Below, one piece after another: positions 1-10,078 of a DNA stretch of 64,000 nucleotides; within the stretch, counting starts at the first letter, position 1, and every line of letters begins with the position of its first letter. The notes beneath the pieces were generated by a model, which had not been told where the DNA came from, did not search any database, and saw only the letters and a list, made by a program, of their open reading frames with translations. The position numbers and the translations under genes were made by a program. Origin of the DNA: a bacterium (GTDB lineage Bacteria; UBA8248). The DNA is taken from contig OY843592.1 in assembly GCA_963692865.2 (NCBI GenBank), forward strand, positions 1,120,001 through 1,184,000, given 5' to 3'.

Positions 1-44
1 TTTCTAGATTTGTCGTATATAACCGACCGACGAGAGAGAAAAAC

Positions 45-259
45 CACTCCCCCCTTGAGGGTCGGTCTCCCTCGGGGAAGACCGACGGTGAGGGGAGCTT
101 TTCATTCAGAACCGTCCCCCTACTGAATCGGCCTTCGCACAAACCGCTCGGCCTCTTCGTCGGGCTTTCCCCTCGGGAAGCCCGACCCTCAAGGGGGGAG
201 TGAAATTCAAAAGCGTGCGCGCAACCAAAATCGCTCTCCAGGGGTTTTTCAACAGCCCC
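45..259. repeat. REP-like palindrome (CACTCCCCCCTTGAGGG...CCCTCAAGGGGGGAGTG, 45-202) followed by the right TIR of a MITE-like cassette (TTTTTCAACAGCCCC, ending 259)
   Basis: The inverted arms are visible directly. 186-259 is a near-identical reverse complement of 47487-47562. A related copy lies at 3430-3794. Confidence 0.8.
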
Positions 260-496
260 GAGGAGGGGGGTAGGGGGGTTGCCTTTATCCTCCGATAAAG
301 CGGCCGGGGCGGGCCGCGCCTATGGGGTTTTCACGTCAAAGGGGCTTTTCCGCAGTCCCTCCCCACTCGGAAGAATTCCTCCTTCTTCAGTCGGAATTCA
401 CCCCCATTTCATGGACAAACGACGCGCGGGCGTGTAGATTGACGGCGCGTTCATCGGCTCATCGTTTTCTCGGTTCTCTTTTCTTGGGAGTACGTC

Positions 497-2791
497 ATGG
501 CGGAAGCCAAAGACATGGGCGGCGCCGTGATCGGCGAGTCCCTGCCCTTTCTGGACGACCCCGAAAAGGCGGCGGGCGCGGCGGATTATCTCGACGACCT
601 CCGGCTTCCGGGGATGCTGGCCGGCAAGGCGCTCCGCAGCGAACACGCGCACGCCGAAATCGTATCGGTCGACCCGCGCGAGGCGCTGCGCGTCCCAGGC
701 GTCGTCTCCGTGCTCACGGGAGGCGACCTGCCGGACCATCCCTGCATCACCGCCCATGACCGGGCCATGCCCGTCATCGCCCACGACCGGGTGCGCTACA
801 CGGGCGAGGTGGTCGCCTTGGTTGCTGCGGAAACGCTCGAGGCGGCCGAGGCGGCGACGCGGCTGATAAAGGTCGAATACCGGCCCCTGCCCGTCGTCTC
901 CTGTCCGCGCGAGGCGATGGAAGAGGGCACCGAGGTCATCTTTTCCGGCGGGAACGTGCTCAACCAGTCGAAGATACGGAAAGGGGACGTCGAGGAGGGT
1001 TTCGGGAAGGCCGACGTTATTATCGAGAACGAATACTCGACGCCCTCCGTCGACCACCTCTATCTCGAAGTCGAGGCGGCCTGCGCGAGCCCGAACCCGG
1101 GCGGCGGAATCCAGATATGGGGCTCGACCCAGCAGCCCTTCCTGGTGCGGCAGAACGTCGCCCGGATACTGGGCCTCAGGGGCGAGAGCTCGGTTCGGTT
1201 CGTCCAGACGACCACCGGCGGGGCATTCGGCGGGAAGAGCGAGGCGAGCCTCGACGTGTGCCTGCGCGTCGCCGTCCTCGCCCGCGCCGCCGGCAGGCCG
1301 GTGAAGCTCGTCTACTCGCGCGAGGAGAGCATGATCGCCTCCACCAAGCGCCACGCCGCGTTCATCCGCTCCAAAACCGGGGCGGCGAAGGACGGACGCC
1401 TGGTGGCCGTCGAGGTCGAAGTCTGGCTCGACAAGGGGGCGTACGTGGCCAACGGGGGGGACAACCCGCCCGCCTTCAAGCGCGCGACCTACCACGCCGC
1501 GGGCCCCTACCAGGCGCCCAACGTGAAGGTGGACGTCCACTGCGTGCACACGAACCACCCCTACGGGGGCCAGATGCGCGGGCCGGGGTGTCCGCAGGTG
1601 CACTTCGCGGGCGAGCAGCAGATGGACGCGCTCGCCGGGGCTTTGGGGATGGACCCCATCGAGATCAGGCGCGTCAACGGGCTGCGGGTCGGAACACGTA
1701 CGGCCTGGAACCAGCATCTGCCCGAGAGCGTCGGTTTCCTCGATACGCTGAGCGAGGTGGAGCGGGCCTCATCCTGGGGAAGCGAGGGGAACGGAAGAGC
1801 CGCGGACGGCCGCCTGCGCGGGCGCGGCGTGGCGAGTTGTCTCTACGGCACGGGCAACGCCTACTCCCCGGCGGAGGCGCACGTATTCCTCACGGCGGAG
1901 GGCAGGGTGCAGGTGGCGGCAGGGGTCGTGGATTTCGGCCAGGGCAGCAAGACGGTGCTGTGCCAGATCGCCGCCGAGACGCTGGACGTCCCCTATTCCG
2001 AGTTCCTGATGGAGAGCGTGGACACCGCCATCGACCCGTTCGGCGGCACGAGTTCGAGTTCGCGCATCACCATGCAGGGCGGAAAGGCGGTCTACAACGC
2101 CGCCGTCAAGGCGCGGGAGGAGTTGCTGCGCCTCGGCGGTATTCTGCTGGAGGCGGACCCCGAGGATCTGGAGCTTCGCGGCGGCGTGGTTCGCTCGCGC
2201 TCGCATGCGGAAACCCGGATCACGCTCGCCGAGATAGCGAAGGCTTATGTCGCCGATGAACTCAAGCAGATCGGCGCCGCGGACAACATTCCCCCGCCCG
2301 CCAAAACCGACAAGGAAACCGGCCTGGGCGAGCCGTATGAGATCTACGGGTTCGGCAGCCAGGTGGCCGAGGTGCTCGTGGACGAGGAGACGGGCGAGGT
2401 GGAGGTCACCGGCGTCTGGGCCGCGCACGACGTGGGCCGGGCCATCAGCCCCATGGGCGTGGAGCAGCAGATCGAGGGCGGCGTCTACATGGGCATCGGC
2501 TTCTGCATGATGGAGGAGGTCGTTCAGCGCGAGGGCCTGATGCAGAACCCCGACATGCACGGCTACCTCGCGCCCACCGTGGAGGACGTGCCGGACCGGG
2601 TGGCGTCCCTCATCGTGGAGGACGCCTACTCGAACGGCCCCTACGGGGCGAAGGGCGTCGGGGAGCAGGTGACCGTGCCCACCGCCGCCGCCATCGCCAA
2701 CGCGATTCACGACGCCACGGGCGTCCGGTTCCACGACCTGCCCCTGACGCCGGACAGGGTAGCGATGGCGCTCCTCAAGGCGCGGGCGTAG
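497..2791 (+). CDS. Xanthine dehydrogenase/aldehyde oxidase family molybdopterin-binding (large) subunit
   Basis: 764 aa with motifs DRVRYTGEVVALVAA, STQQP, GGAFGGK, MRGPG.PQ, DFGQG, SSR, QIEGG, GAKGVGE, AIANAIHDATG. Confidence 0.93.
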   Translation: MAEAKDMGGAVIGESLPFLDDPEKAAGAADYLDDLRLPGMLAGKALRSEHAHAEIVSVDPREALRVPGVVSVLTGGDLPDHPCITAHDRAMPVIAHDRVRYTGEVVALVAAETLEAAEAATRLIKVEYRPLPVVSCPREAMEEGTEVIFSGGNVLNQSKIRKGDVEEGFGKADVIIENEYSTPSVDHLYLEVEAACASPNPGGGIQIWGSTQQPFLVRQNVARILGLRGESSVRFVQTTTGGAFGGKSEASLDVCLRVAVLARAAGRPVKLVYSREESMIASTKRHAAFIRSKTGAAKDGRLVAVEVEVWLDKGAYVANGGDNPPAFKRATYHAAGPYQAPNVKVDVHCVHTNHPYGGQMRGPGCPQVHFAGEQQMDALAGALGMDPIEIRRVNGLRVGTRTAWNQHLPESVGFLDTLSEVERASSWGSEGNGRAADGRLRGRGVASCLYGTGNAYSPAEAHVFLTAEGRVQVAAGVVDFGQGSKTVLCQIAAETLDVPYSEFLMESVDTAIDPFGGTSSSSRITMQGGKAVYNAAVKAREELLRLGGILLEADPEDLELRGGVVRSRSHAETRITLAEIAKAYVADELKQIGAADNIPPPAKTDKETGLGEPYEIYGFGSQVAEVLVDEETGEVEVTGVWAAHDVGRAISPMGVEQQIEGGVYMGIGFCMMEEVVQREGLMQNPDMHGYLAPTVEDVPDRVASLIVEDAYSNGPYGAKGVGEQVTVPTAAAIANAIHDATGVRFHDLPLTPDRVAMALLKARA

Positions 2792-2872
2792 TCGCGGGCG
2801 TTGCTTGGGAAAATCCGCCCTGGGAGGGATTGTTGAAAACCTCTCGTGCATCGCTTTTACCCCACCTGACAA

Positions 2873-3149
2873 GAGGCTGTTGAAAAACCTGACCCTTGGA
2901 GCGAGCTCCGTGTTCCATCATTCCGTATTCGGAATGTAGGGGCCGCATATCATGCGGCCCGCCTTGTGGAGGCGAAAGTCAGGGTCGCATGATATGTCAG
3001 ACATATATGTCTGACCTACATACCCTCTTGGAAGACGACCGCAGGGGTGCTTCGTGAAGCGCCCGTTTTTTTCCGGGAGGGCCGTTCGCGAACGGCCCCT
3101 ACGGGTAAAACGTGGTTAATCCGAGAGGGGCAGGTTTTTCAACAACCCC
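2873..3149. mobile_element. Non-autonomous TIR cassette (MITE-like) carrying GTAGGGGC...GCCCCTAC-type REPs
   Basis: Ends GAGGCTGTTGAAAAAC / GTTTTTCAACAACCCC. Perfect 5-bp direct repeat GACAA at 2868-2872 and 3150-3154. Confidence 0.75.
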
Positions 3150-3225
3150 GACAAGGGGAGGTAGGGGGGGGTGGTTTTCATGCAGGGGGCGGTTTTCCTG
3201 CGTCCCGAGCAACCCGCCATACCAG

Positions 3226-3361
3226 CCTCACCCTGAGTAGCGGCGAAGCCGCGTATCGAAGGGGCCTGTCCTGATCTGGTCGAAGGGCGAAGTCCGCGCC
3301 CGCCGGAGAGATGCTCCCCCCATCCTTCGATATGGCGCTTACGCGCCTACTCAGGATGAGG
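3226..3361. repeat. REP-like inverted repeat pair CCTCACCCTGAGTAGC...CTACTCAGGATGAGG
   Basis: Inverted arms. A second copy at 47585-47672. Confidence 0.75.
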
Positions 3362-3611
3362 GTTTGGAGCCGGCCGGGGAGGAGGGTTTGCGTAGGGGCG
3401 GGCCTCCGTGCGCGCCCGCTTTTGAATTTCACTCCCCCCTTGAGGGTCGGTCTCCCTCGGGGAAGGCCGACGGTGAGGTGAGGGGGCTTTCTCCCCGAAA
3501 CCGAACCGGTGGGGGGACATGCCACAGAAAGAGCTCCCCCCACCGAATCGGCCTTCGCCCAAGGGCTCGGTCTCTTCGTCGGGCATTCCCCTCGGGATGC
3601 CAGACCCTCAA

Positions 3612-3780
3612 GGGGCTGTTGAAAAAGCCGGAGAGAGACGATTTGTTTGTAGGGGTCGCATATCATGCGACCCTGACTTTCGCCTCCACAAGGCGGGCCG
3701 CATGATATGCGGCCCCTACAAAAACCGTTCCTCCCCGGTCGCGTAAAACACTCGTTGATCAGGACTTTTTCAACAACCTC
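3612..3780. mobile_element. MITE-like TIR cassette inserted into the right arm of a REP (3430-3794)
   Basis: Ends GGGGCTGTTGAAAAAG / CTTTTTCAACAACCTC. TSD CTCAA at 3607-3611 and 3781-3785. The body is closely similar to 47871-48077. Confidence 0.78.
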
Positions 3781-3907
3781 CTCAAGGGGGAGTGATTCAG
3801 CCCGACAACAAGGCAAGGACGAGAGCCGCAGCCGTACTGGTGGGGGCTGCATCTTCGATCGTCGCGTCCCGGAAGCGCGGCGGCGCGGGAGAGATGACCC
3901 CGCCCCG

Positions 3908-6187
3908 TCAATCCTTCCGGTCGAGCGCCATCAGCAGGGTCGGCAGAAGCAGGAAGTCGGCGAGGAGCGCGAAGCTGATCGTGATCGCCACCATCAGGCC
4001 GAGCGCCCAGCTGACCTCGAACCCCGATGTGGCGAACACCAGAAAACCGAGCGTCAGGACCGCCGTCGTGGTCCACAGGGCATGGCCCACGGTGCGGAAA
4101 ACGGCGCGAACGGCCTCGGTCGCGGAGAGGCCCTCCCGGCGGCTTTTCAGGTACTTGCTCAGGAAGTGGATCGTGTCGTCCACGATGATGCCGAAGGCGA
4201 TGGCGGTCATCACGGAGCCTGCGAGACCCACGCGGCCGACCAGGTGGCCCCACAGGCCGAAGGTCATGGCGGCGGGGATGAAGTTGGGCACGAGGCTGAT
4301 GAGGCCCAGCCGCACGTTCTTGAAGACCAGGATTAAAATCAATGAAATAAGAGCCATGGCGATGATCGTGCCGCGCAGCATGCTGTGGATGTTCCTGAGC
4401 GTGAGGTGCGCGAAGACCATGGTGATGCCCGACGCCTCGGCGGCGAATTCGGGTATGTTGGCGCGCAGCCAGGCCTGGGCGCGCTCGTCGAAATCGCGCT
4501 GGTCCCTGGAGGAGAGGCTGCGGATCACGACGGTCATGCGCGTCGTGGATTTCGCGACGTCGATGCGGTTGTTGAGGTCCATCCCGAACGGGAGGGAGAA
4601 CTCGTAGAGCAGCAGGTATTGCGCGGCGAGCTTGGGGTCGTCGGGAATCTTGTAGAAGGCCGGGTCGTCGCCGTGCATGTTCTTGTTCAGGCGCTTCATG
4701 ATGTCCGGGAAGGCCCGCACGTGGCTCACCTTGGGCTGCTTCCGGCACCATTCGGCGAAGGCCTCGACTTTTTTCAGGTATTCAGGGTCGGTGATGCCGC
4801 CTTCGCGCCCGGACTTGAGGGAGTATTCCAGCGAATCCAGGCCGGTCAGGTTCTCGAAGACGAAATCCGTGTCGCGCCGGAACTGGTAGCGCTCGTCGAA
4901 GTAGTGCGCCCACCGCTCGGTCAGTTCGTTGCGGGGAATACCGCTGATGAGAACAAGCGTCAGAACCGCGACGAACGTGAGCACAAGCGCACGGCGTTCG
5001 ACGACGAAGTCGCCCAGGCGATCGAAAATGGAGGATTTCTCGGGTGAAATCCGGCGCGCGCGCAAGGGCAGAATCGAAAGCAGCGCTGGCAGCAGCGTCA
5101 TGGCGTAGACGAAGGAGAACAGCACGCCGAGCGCCACGAGATTGCCCAGGACGTGAAAGGGCGGCGAGTTCGAGGTGTTCAGGCTCAGGAAGCCGATGGC
5201 GGTCGTGAGCGAGGTCAGGAACACCGGCCAGGCGTTGTTCCGAAGCGATTCGGCGATCGACGCGTTCTTGTCGAGCCCGCGCCCCATGCCCAGCAGGGTG
5301 GCCGTGACGATGTGAACCGAGTTCGCGACGGAGATCGCCATGATGATGATCGGCACGCCGGAGTTGGTGGGGCTGAACACCGCGCCCAACCAGCCTGCGA
5401 TTCCCAGGGTGTTCATCAGGATGAATACGATGGAGACGACGATGGCCAGCGTGCCCATGACCGAGCGCAGAAGAAGCGCGGTGGTGATGATGATCATGAG
5501 GAACACGAGCGGCATCAGCGTTTCCAGCTCTTCTTTCGTGACGTCGGCGAAGGCGCGGTGCATGATGACGTCGCCGGTCAGGTAAAAAGCGACCTTCGGG
5601 TATTTCGCGCGGGCCTTGTCGAGAACCGCGTTCAGGTAATCGCTTATGTCGATCACCGCCTTGTCGAGGTCCTCGGGCAGGATGAAGGTGATCGCCAGCC
5701 CGCCCACGCGCCCGTCACGGGAGACGAGGCGTCCGGCGATTTCCCTGGCGCCCAGCGCGGTTTTCCGGATTCGCGCGAGGTCGGCGTCTGTAAGCGCGCT
5801 CGCGTCGTCTACGAGCGGCTCGACGATCAAATCGTCCCCCTCCGCGCGGCTGTGGTTGTAGTTCGTGAGGGAATCGACCCGGCTGGAGTGAGGCGCCTTC
5901 CACGCGGCTTGGGTCAGTTCCTCGATCGCGCCGAGCGCCTCCCTGGTGAACACCGAACCGCCTTGGGGCGCTGCGGCGATGAGCGCGGTGTCGGACGTGG
6001 AGAAGGTTTTCTCCAGCGCCCGGAAGGCGGCGAGCTGGGGGTTGTCTTCGCCGAACATGATGCGGTAGTCGTTCGTTGTCTTGATGAAGCGCCCGCCCGC
6101 TCCCGTGATGAGCAGGAGCGCTACGGCCAGCGCGACGACCGGCCACCGCCGGCGCAGAACGGCGTCGATGTAGCGGTCCAGTTGCAC
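3908..6187 (-). CDS. MMPL/RND-family lipid transporter permease (copy 1)
   Basis: 759 aa with two periplasmic loops and two hydrophobic blocks. GIIVDDTIHF RND motif. Confidence 0.9.
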   Translation of the reverse strand: MQLDRYIDAVLRRRWPVVALAVALLLITGAGGRFIKTTNDYRIMFGEDNPQLAAFRALEKTFSTSDTALIAAAPQGGSVFTREALGAIEELTQAAWKAPHSSRVDSLTNYNHSRAEGDDLIVEPLVDDASALTDADLARIRKTALGAREIAGRLVSRDGRVGGLAITFILPEDLDKAVIDISDYLNAVLDKARAKYPKVAFYLTGDVIMHRAFADVTKEELETLMPLVFLMIIITTALLLRSVMGTLAIVVSIVFILMNTLGIAGWLGAVFSPTNSGVPIIIMAISVANSVHIVTATLLGMGRGLDKNASIAESLRNNAWPVFLTSLTTAIGFLSLNTSNSPPFHVLGNLVALGVLFSFVYAMTLLPALLSILPLRARRISPEKSSIFDRLGDFVVERRALVLTFVAVLTLVLISGIPRNELTERWAHYFDERYQFRRDTDFVFENLTGLDSLEYSLKSGREGGITDPEYLKKVEAFAEWCRKQPKVSHVRAFPDIMKRLNKNMHGDDPAFYKIPDDPKLAAQYLLLYEFSLPFGMDLNNRIDVAKSTTRMTVVIRSLSSRDQRDFDERAQAWLRANIPEFAAEASGITMVFAHLTLRNIHSMLRGTIIAMALISLILILVFKNVRLGLISLVPNFIPAAMTFGLWGHLVGRVGLAGSVMTAIAFGIIVDDTIHFLSKYLKSRREGLSATEAVRAVFRTVGHALWTTTAVLTLGFLVFATSGFEVSWALGLMVAITISFALLADFLLLPTLLMALDRKD

Positions 6188-6258
6188 GAGAGTTATCGCC
6201 TCCCCCTCACGGGCCGGGCGTGGACAGGCTGTTCGGCGTGCGCCATATCACAGGCCGC

Positions 6259-7449
6259 TTACCATTTGCTCGATTCCGACGTCTTGACGTGGTCGGGCAT
6301 CCGGTAGCTGATCCCGCCCTCGTCGTACACCGAAATCTTGAGAAGCTGCGAGAAATTCTGGGACTTGACGATTTGTTTGTTGTGCAGGAATCGCAGAAGG
6401 CGTTGTTTCACCCGGAAGCTGCGCAGGGTCAGCATCGTGGACAGGCGGGAGAGCTTCGGATACCCGAACTGACCCGCGAGTTCCTTTCCTATCAAAGCCG
6501 TGGAAAGGCGGTAGGCCAGATCCGTCAAACCTTCCTGTTCTTTCGGGTCCGTAACCCCCGCAACCGGCGCAATGGCGTTGATCAGCGCGTTCGCCATGGT
6601 TATCGAATCTTCGCCGGGAGGCGGTTCGCACATATAGGCGATCTCGTGCTTTCTCTCCGCGTCCGCCCCGTCGGTATAGAGGATGGTTTCGGGGATTCCC
6701 ATGAGGTAGCCCGCGTAGCGCCAGACCGCGAGGACGCTCTCTTGTTCCTCGATACTGAAGCTCGTGCCCACGAGTTTCGAGTATCTGAGCAGTTGCATCG
6801 AGAAGATGGAGATGGCCAAGCCCATGTTCGCCGCGCTCAGCGGCACGCCCCAGGTATCAAAGTCCCAATCGCCTGATTTCGCCAGCAGGTTCCTGATGCG
6901 CGCATGCACGAACCGGACGCGCATGGAGAGCTTCCAGCCGTCCCCGTCTCTCCTGAGACCTTCGGGGTAGAATATCTCCATCAACTGGCGGTTGTTCTGC
7001 ATGAGGCGCCTAGAGGTCGCCGCCACCCGCCCGGTCGTGTTGAAGGACTTGGCGATGAGCGTCGAAAAGCCCTCCACCAGCACCCCCGTCACGAAAGCGA
7101 CGAGCATGAGGTCGACGTTGATGTTGAAACAGCGAACCCCCGGCTTGAAGGCTTCATGATCCAGCCAGGAAGGCTCCCGGAAGTTTTCGAAAAAATCGCG
7201 CAGAGACTGCGGCGCATCGCGCAGAACGCCGAAATGCCCCTCTATGCCGGCCTCGATGAACGCGTGCAGGTCGTAGGCGGGCAGGGAGGACATTTCTTCC
7301 ATGATCGGGTCCAGAACCGGATCGCCGATGGTGGTGTGCCGGACGTAGAGGTCCGCAAGCGCCTGCTCGTGGAGACGCGCTTTTTGCTCGTAGCCTTCAA
7401 CGTATGCGGATGGTATTTCCATCGCCATCAGGTTCCCTCGTAAACCCAT
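6259..7449 (-). CDS. DUF2236 / MpaB-Lcp-like heme oxygenase family protein
   Basis: 396 aa with PSWLD, TGR, RVRFVHARIR (heme His), WD...WGVP, WRYAGYLMGI motifs. Confidence 0.8.
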   Translation of the reverse strand: MGLRGNLMAMEIPSAYVEGYEQKARLHEQALADLYVRHTTIGDPVLDPIMEEMSSLPAYDLHAFIEAGIEGHFGVLRDAPQSLRDFFENFREPSWLDHEAFKPGVRCFNINVDLMLVAFVTGVLVEGFSTLIAKSFNTTGRVAATSRRLMQNNRQLMEIFYPEGLRRDGDGWKLSMRVRFVHARIRNLLAKSGDWDFDTWGVPLSAANMGLAISIFSMQLLRYSKLVGTSFSIEEQESVLAVWRYAGYLMGIPETILYTDGADAERKHEIAYMCEPPPGEDSITMANALINAIAPVAGVTDPKEQEGLTDLAYRLSTALIGKELAGQFGYPKLSRLSTMLTLRSFRVKQRLLRFLHNKQIVKSQNFSQLLKISVYDEGGISYRMPDHVKTSESSKW

Positions 7450-7789
7450 TCAGCGGGTCCACGAAAATCTGGTGAAACGAAGACTGAAGAGCGCCGTAGA
7501 AGCCAGTTTCGTTTACTTATTGGGTCCCACGAAAACAAGGCGATAAGTAAACTTTTGCAAAGCTATTAAAGTATCCTCTTGAATGCTCATTCGCAACTAT
7601 TTGTTTCATTTTCCCTTGTGATTTCTTTGTAGTTTCTTGAATATACTTTCAATTCCGCTCACTGCGCAAGGGATATTTCAGCCGATCCCCGGATGGTTTC
7701 TTCCGACTTCCTCGTTTATACACAATCCCGGATGAAAATTTACTCGCGCCCTTGATCCCTTTGCTCTAAGGGTGAACTGAGCCGGCGCA

Positions 7790-10078
7790 TCATTCCTTCC
7801 GGTCGATGGCCATCAGCAGGGTCGGCAGCAGCAGGAAATCGGCGAGAAGCGCGAAGACGAGCGTAATCGCCACCATCAGGCCGAGCGCCCAGCTGATTTC
7901 GAAGCCCGAGGACGCGAACACCAGGAAGCTCAGCGACAGGACAGCCGTCGTCGTCCATAGCGCCTGGCCTACGATTCGAAAGGCGGCGCGCACGGCCTCG
8001 GGCGCGGAGAGGCCCATGCGGCGGGCCTTGAGGTATCGGCTCATGAAATGAATCGTGTCGTCCACGATGATTCCGAACGCGATGGCGGTCATCACGGAGC
8101 CTGCGAGGCCCACCTGGCCGACCAGATAGCCCCACAGGCCGAAGGTCATGGCGGCGGGGATGAAGTTGGGCACGAGGCTGAGCAGACCGAGGCGGACGCT
8201 CTTGAAAACCAGGATGAGGAGGAAAGAGATGAGCAGCATGGCGATGATCGTGCCGCGCAGCATGCCGTGGATGTTCCTGAGCGACAGGTGCGCGAAGATC
8301 ATGGTGATGCCCGACGCCTCGACGGCGAATTCGGGTATGTTGGCGCGCAGCCAAGCCTGGGCGCGCTCGTCGAGAGCACGCTGGTCCCGGGAGGAGCGGT
8401 TGCGGGCCACGACGCTCATTCTCGTCGTGGATTTGGCGACGTCGATGCGGTTGTTGAGGTCCATGCCGAAGGGGAGCGAGAACTCGTAGAGCAGCAGGTA
8501 TTGCGCGGCGAGTTTCGGATTCTCGGGCAGGCGGTGGAAGGCCGGGTCGTCGCCGTGCATGTTCTTGTTCAGGCGCTTCATGACGTCCGAGAAGGCCTGG
8601 ACGTGGCTCACTTCGGGCTGCTGTCGATACCATTCGGCGAAGGCCGCGACTTTCTTGAGATAGGCGGGATCGGTGATGCCGCCTTCGCGTCCCGCGCTCA
8701 GCGCGTATTCCAGGAAATTCAGGCTGGTCAGGTTCCGGGAGATGAAATCCGCGTCGCGCCGGAACCGGTAGCGCTCGTCGAAGTAGTGCACCCATCTGTC
8801 GGTCAGTTCGTTGCGCGGAATGCCGGTGATGAGAAGGAGCGTCAGGCCGGCGACGAACCAGAGCAGAGACGCGCGGCGTTCGACGACGAAGGCTCCGAAG
8901 CGCTCGAAGAAGGGGGATTTGCCGGAGGGAATCCGGCGCGCGCGCAGCGGGAGGATCGAAAGCAGCGCGGGCAGCAGGGTCATCGAGTAGACGAAGGCGC
9001 AAACCACGCCGAGCGCCACGAGATTGCCCAGGACGTGAAAGGGCGGCGAATCCGAATAGTTCAGGCTCAGGAATCCGACGGCGGTCGTGATCGAGGTCAG
9101 GAACACCGGCCAGGCGTTGCTGCGAAGCGATTCCGCAACCGCCGTGTTCTTGCTCCGTCCGTGGCCCATGCTCAGCAGAGTGGTCGTGATGATGTGGACC
9201 GAGTGCGCGACGCAAGTCGCCATGATGATCGTGGGCACGCCGGCGTTGGCGGGGCTGAACACCGCCCCGAACCAGCTCGCGATTCCCAGGGTGCTCGCGA
9301 CGACGAACCCGATCACGACGATAATGGCCGCCGTGCCGAGGAGCGAGCGCAGCAGAAGGGTAGTGGTGCCGATGATCATGAGAAACACGAGTGGCCCCAG
9401 GGTGACGAGATCATTGAAAGTCGCCTCGGCCAGGGTGCGGTTCATGATCACGTCGCCGCTCAGGTAGTAGGCGACGTCCGGGTGTCTCGCGCGGGCTTTC
9501 TCCAGGAGGGCGTTCAGATAGTCGTTTATCGCTATCACCGCGGCGTCCATGCTGTCGGGCAGGACGAAGGTGATCGCCAGCCCGGCCACGTGCCCTTCCC
9601 GGGAGACGAGGCGACCGGGCAGATCGGCCGACTCAAGCGCCGTTTTCCTGATTCGCGCGAGGTCCGTATTCGTAAGGGAGCGCGCGTCCTCGACGAGGGG
9701 CTCGACGATCAGGTCATCCCCCTCCGCGCGGCTGTGAGTGTAATTCGTGAGGGAGTCGACCCGGCTCGAATGGGGCGCCTTCCACGCGGCTTCCGTCAAC
9801 TCCTCGACGGCGCCGAGCGCCTCGCGGGTGAAAACCGAACCCCCTCGCGGCGCGATGGCGATGAACGCCGTGTTGGACGTGGAAAACGTGTTCTCGAGCG
9901 CCTTGAAAGCGATGAACTGTGGATTGTCTTCGCCGAACATGATGCGGAAGTCGTTCGTGACGGCGATGAAGCGCAAACCCGCTCCCGCGAGCAGCGCGAT
10001 CAGCGCGGCGACCGCGACCACCGGCCACCGATGGCGAAGAATAGCCTCTATGTAACGGTCCAGCAGTACGGAAGTCAT
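7790..10078 (-). CDS. MMPL/RND-family lipid transporter permease (copy 2)
   Basis: Close paralog of 3908..6187 along its full length. Start set at MTSVLLDRY by alignment to copy 1; the ORF is open to 10255. Confidence 0.9.
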   Translation of the reverse strand: MTSVLLDRYIEAILRHRWPVVAVAALIALLAGAGLRFIAVTNDFRIMFGEDNPQFIAFKALENTFSTSNTAFIAIAPRGGSVFTREALGAVEELTEAAWKAPHSSRVDSLTNYTHSRAEGDDLIVEPLVEDARSLTNTDLARIRKTALESADLPGRLVSREGHVAGLAITFVLPDSMDAAVIAINDYLNALLEKARARHPDVAYYLSGDVIMNRTLAEATFNDLVTLGPLVFLMIIGTTTLLLRSLLGTAAIIVVIGFVVASTLGIASWFGAVFSPANAGVPTIIMATCVAHSVHIITTTLLSMGHGRSKNTAVAESLRSNAWPVFLTSITTAVGFLSLNYSDSPPFHVLGNLVALGVVCAFVYSMTLLPALLSILPLRARRIPSGKSPFFERFGAFVVERRASLLWFVAGLTLLLITGIPRNELTDRWVHYFDERYRFRRDADFISRNLTSLNFLEYALSAGREGGITDPAYLKKVAAFAEWYRQQPEVSHVQAFSDVMKRLNKNMHGDDPAFHRLPENPKLAAQYLLLYEFSLPFGMDLNNRIDVAKSTTRMSVVARNRSSRDQRALDERAQAWLRANIPEFAVEASGITMIFAHLSLRNIHGMLRGTIIAMLLISFLLILVFKSVRLGLLSLVPNFIPAAMTFGLWGYLVGQVGLAGSVMTAIAFGIIVDDTIHFMSRYLKARRMGLSAPEAVRAAFRIVGQALWTTTAVLSLSFLVFASSGFEISWALGLMVAITLVFALLADFLLLPTLLMAIDRKE

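Noticed and set aside
2826-3900. Possible CRISPR array or small proteins in the repeat clusters (also 47340-48660)
   Set aside because: No regularly spaced direct repeats with unique spacers and no cas genes. The ORFs are translations of palindromes and TIRs (recurring GLLKK/FQQP/FSTTP).
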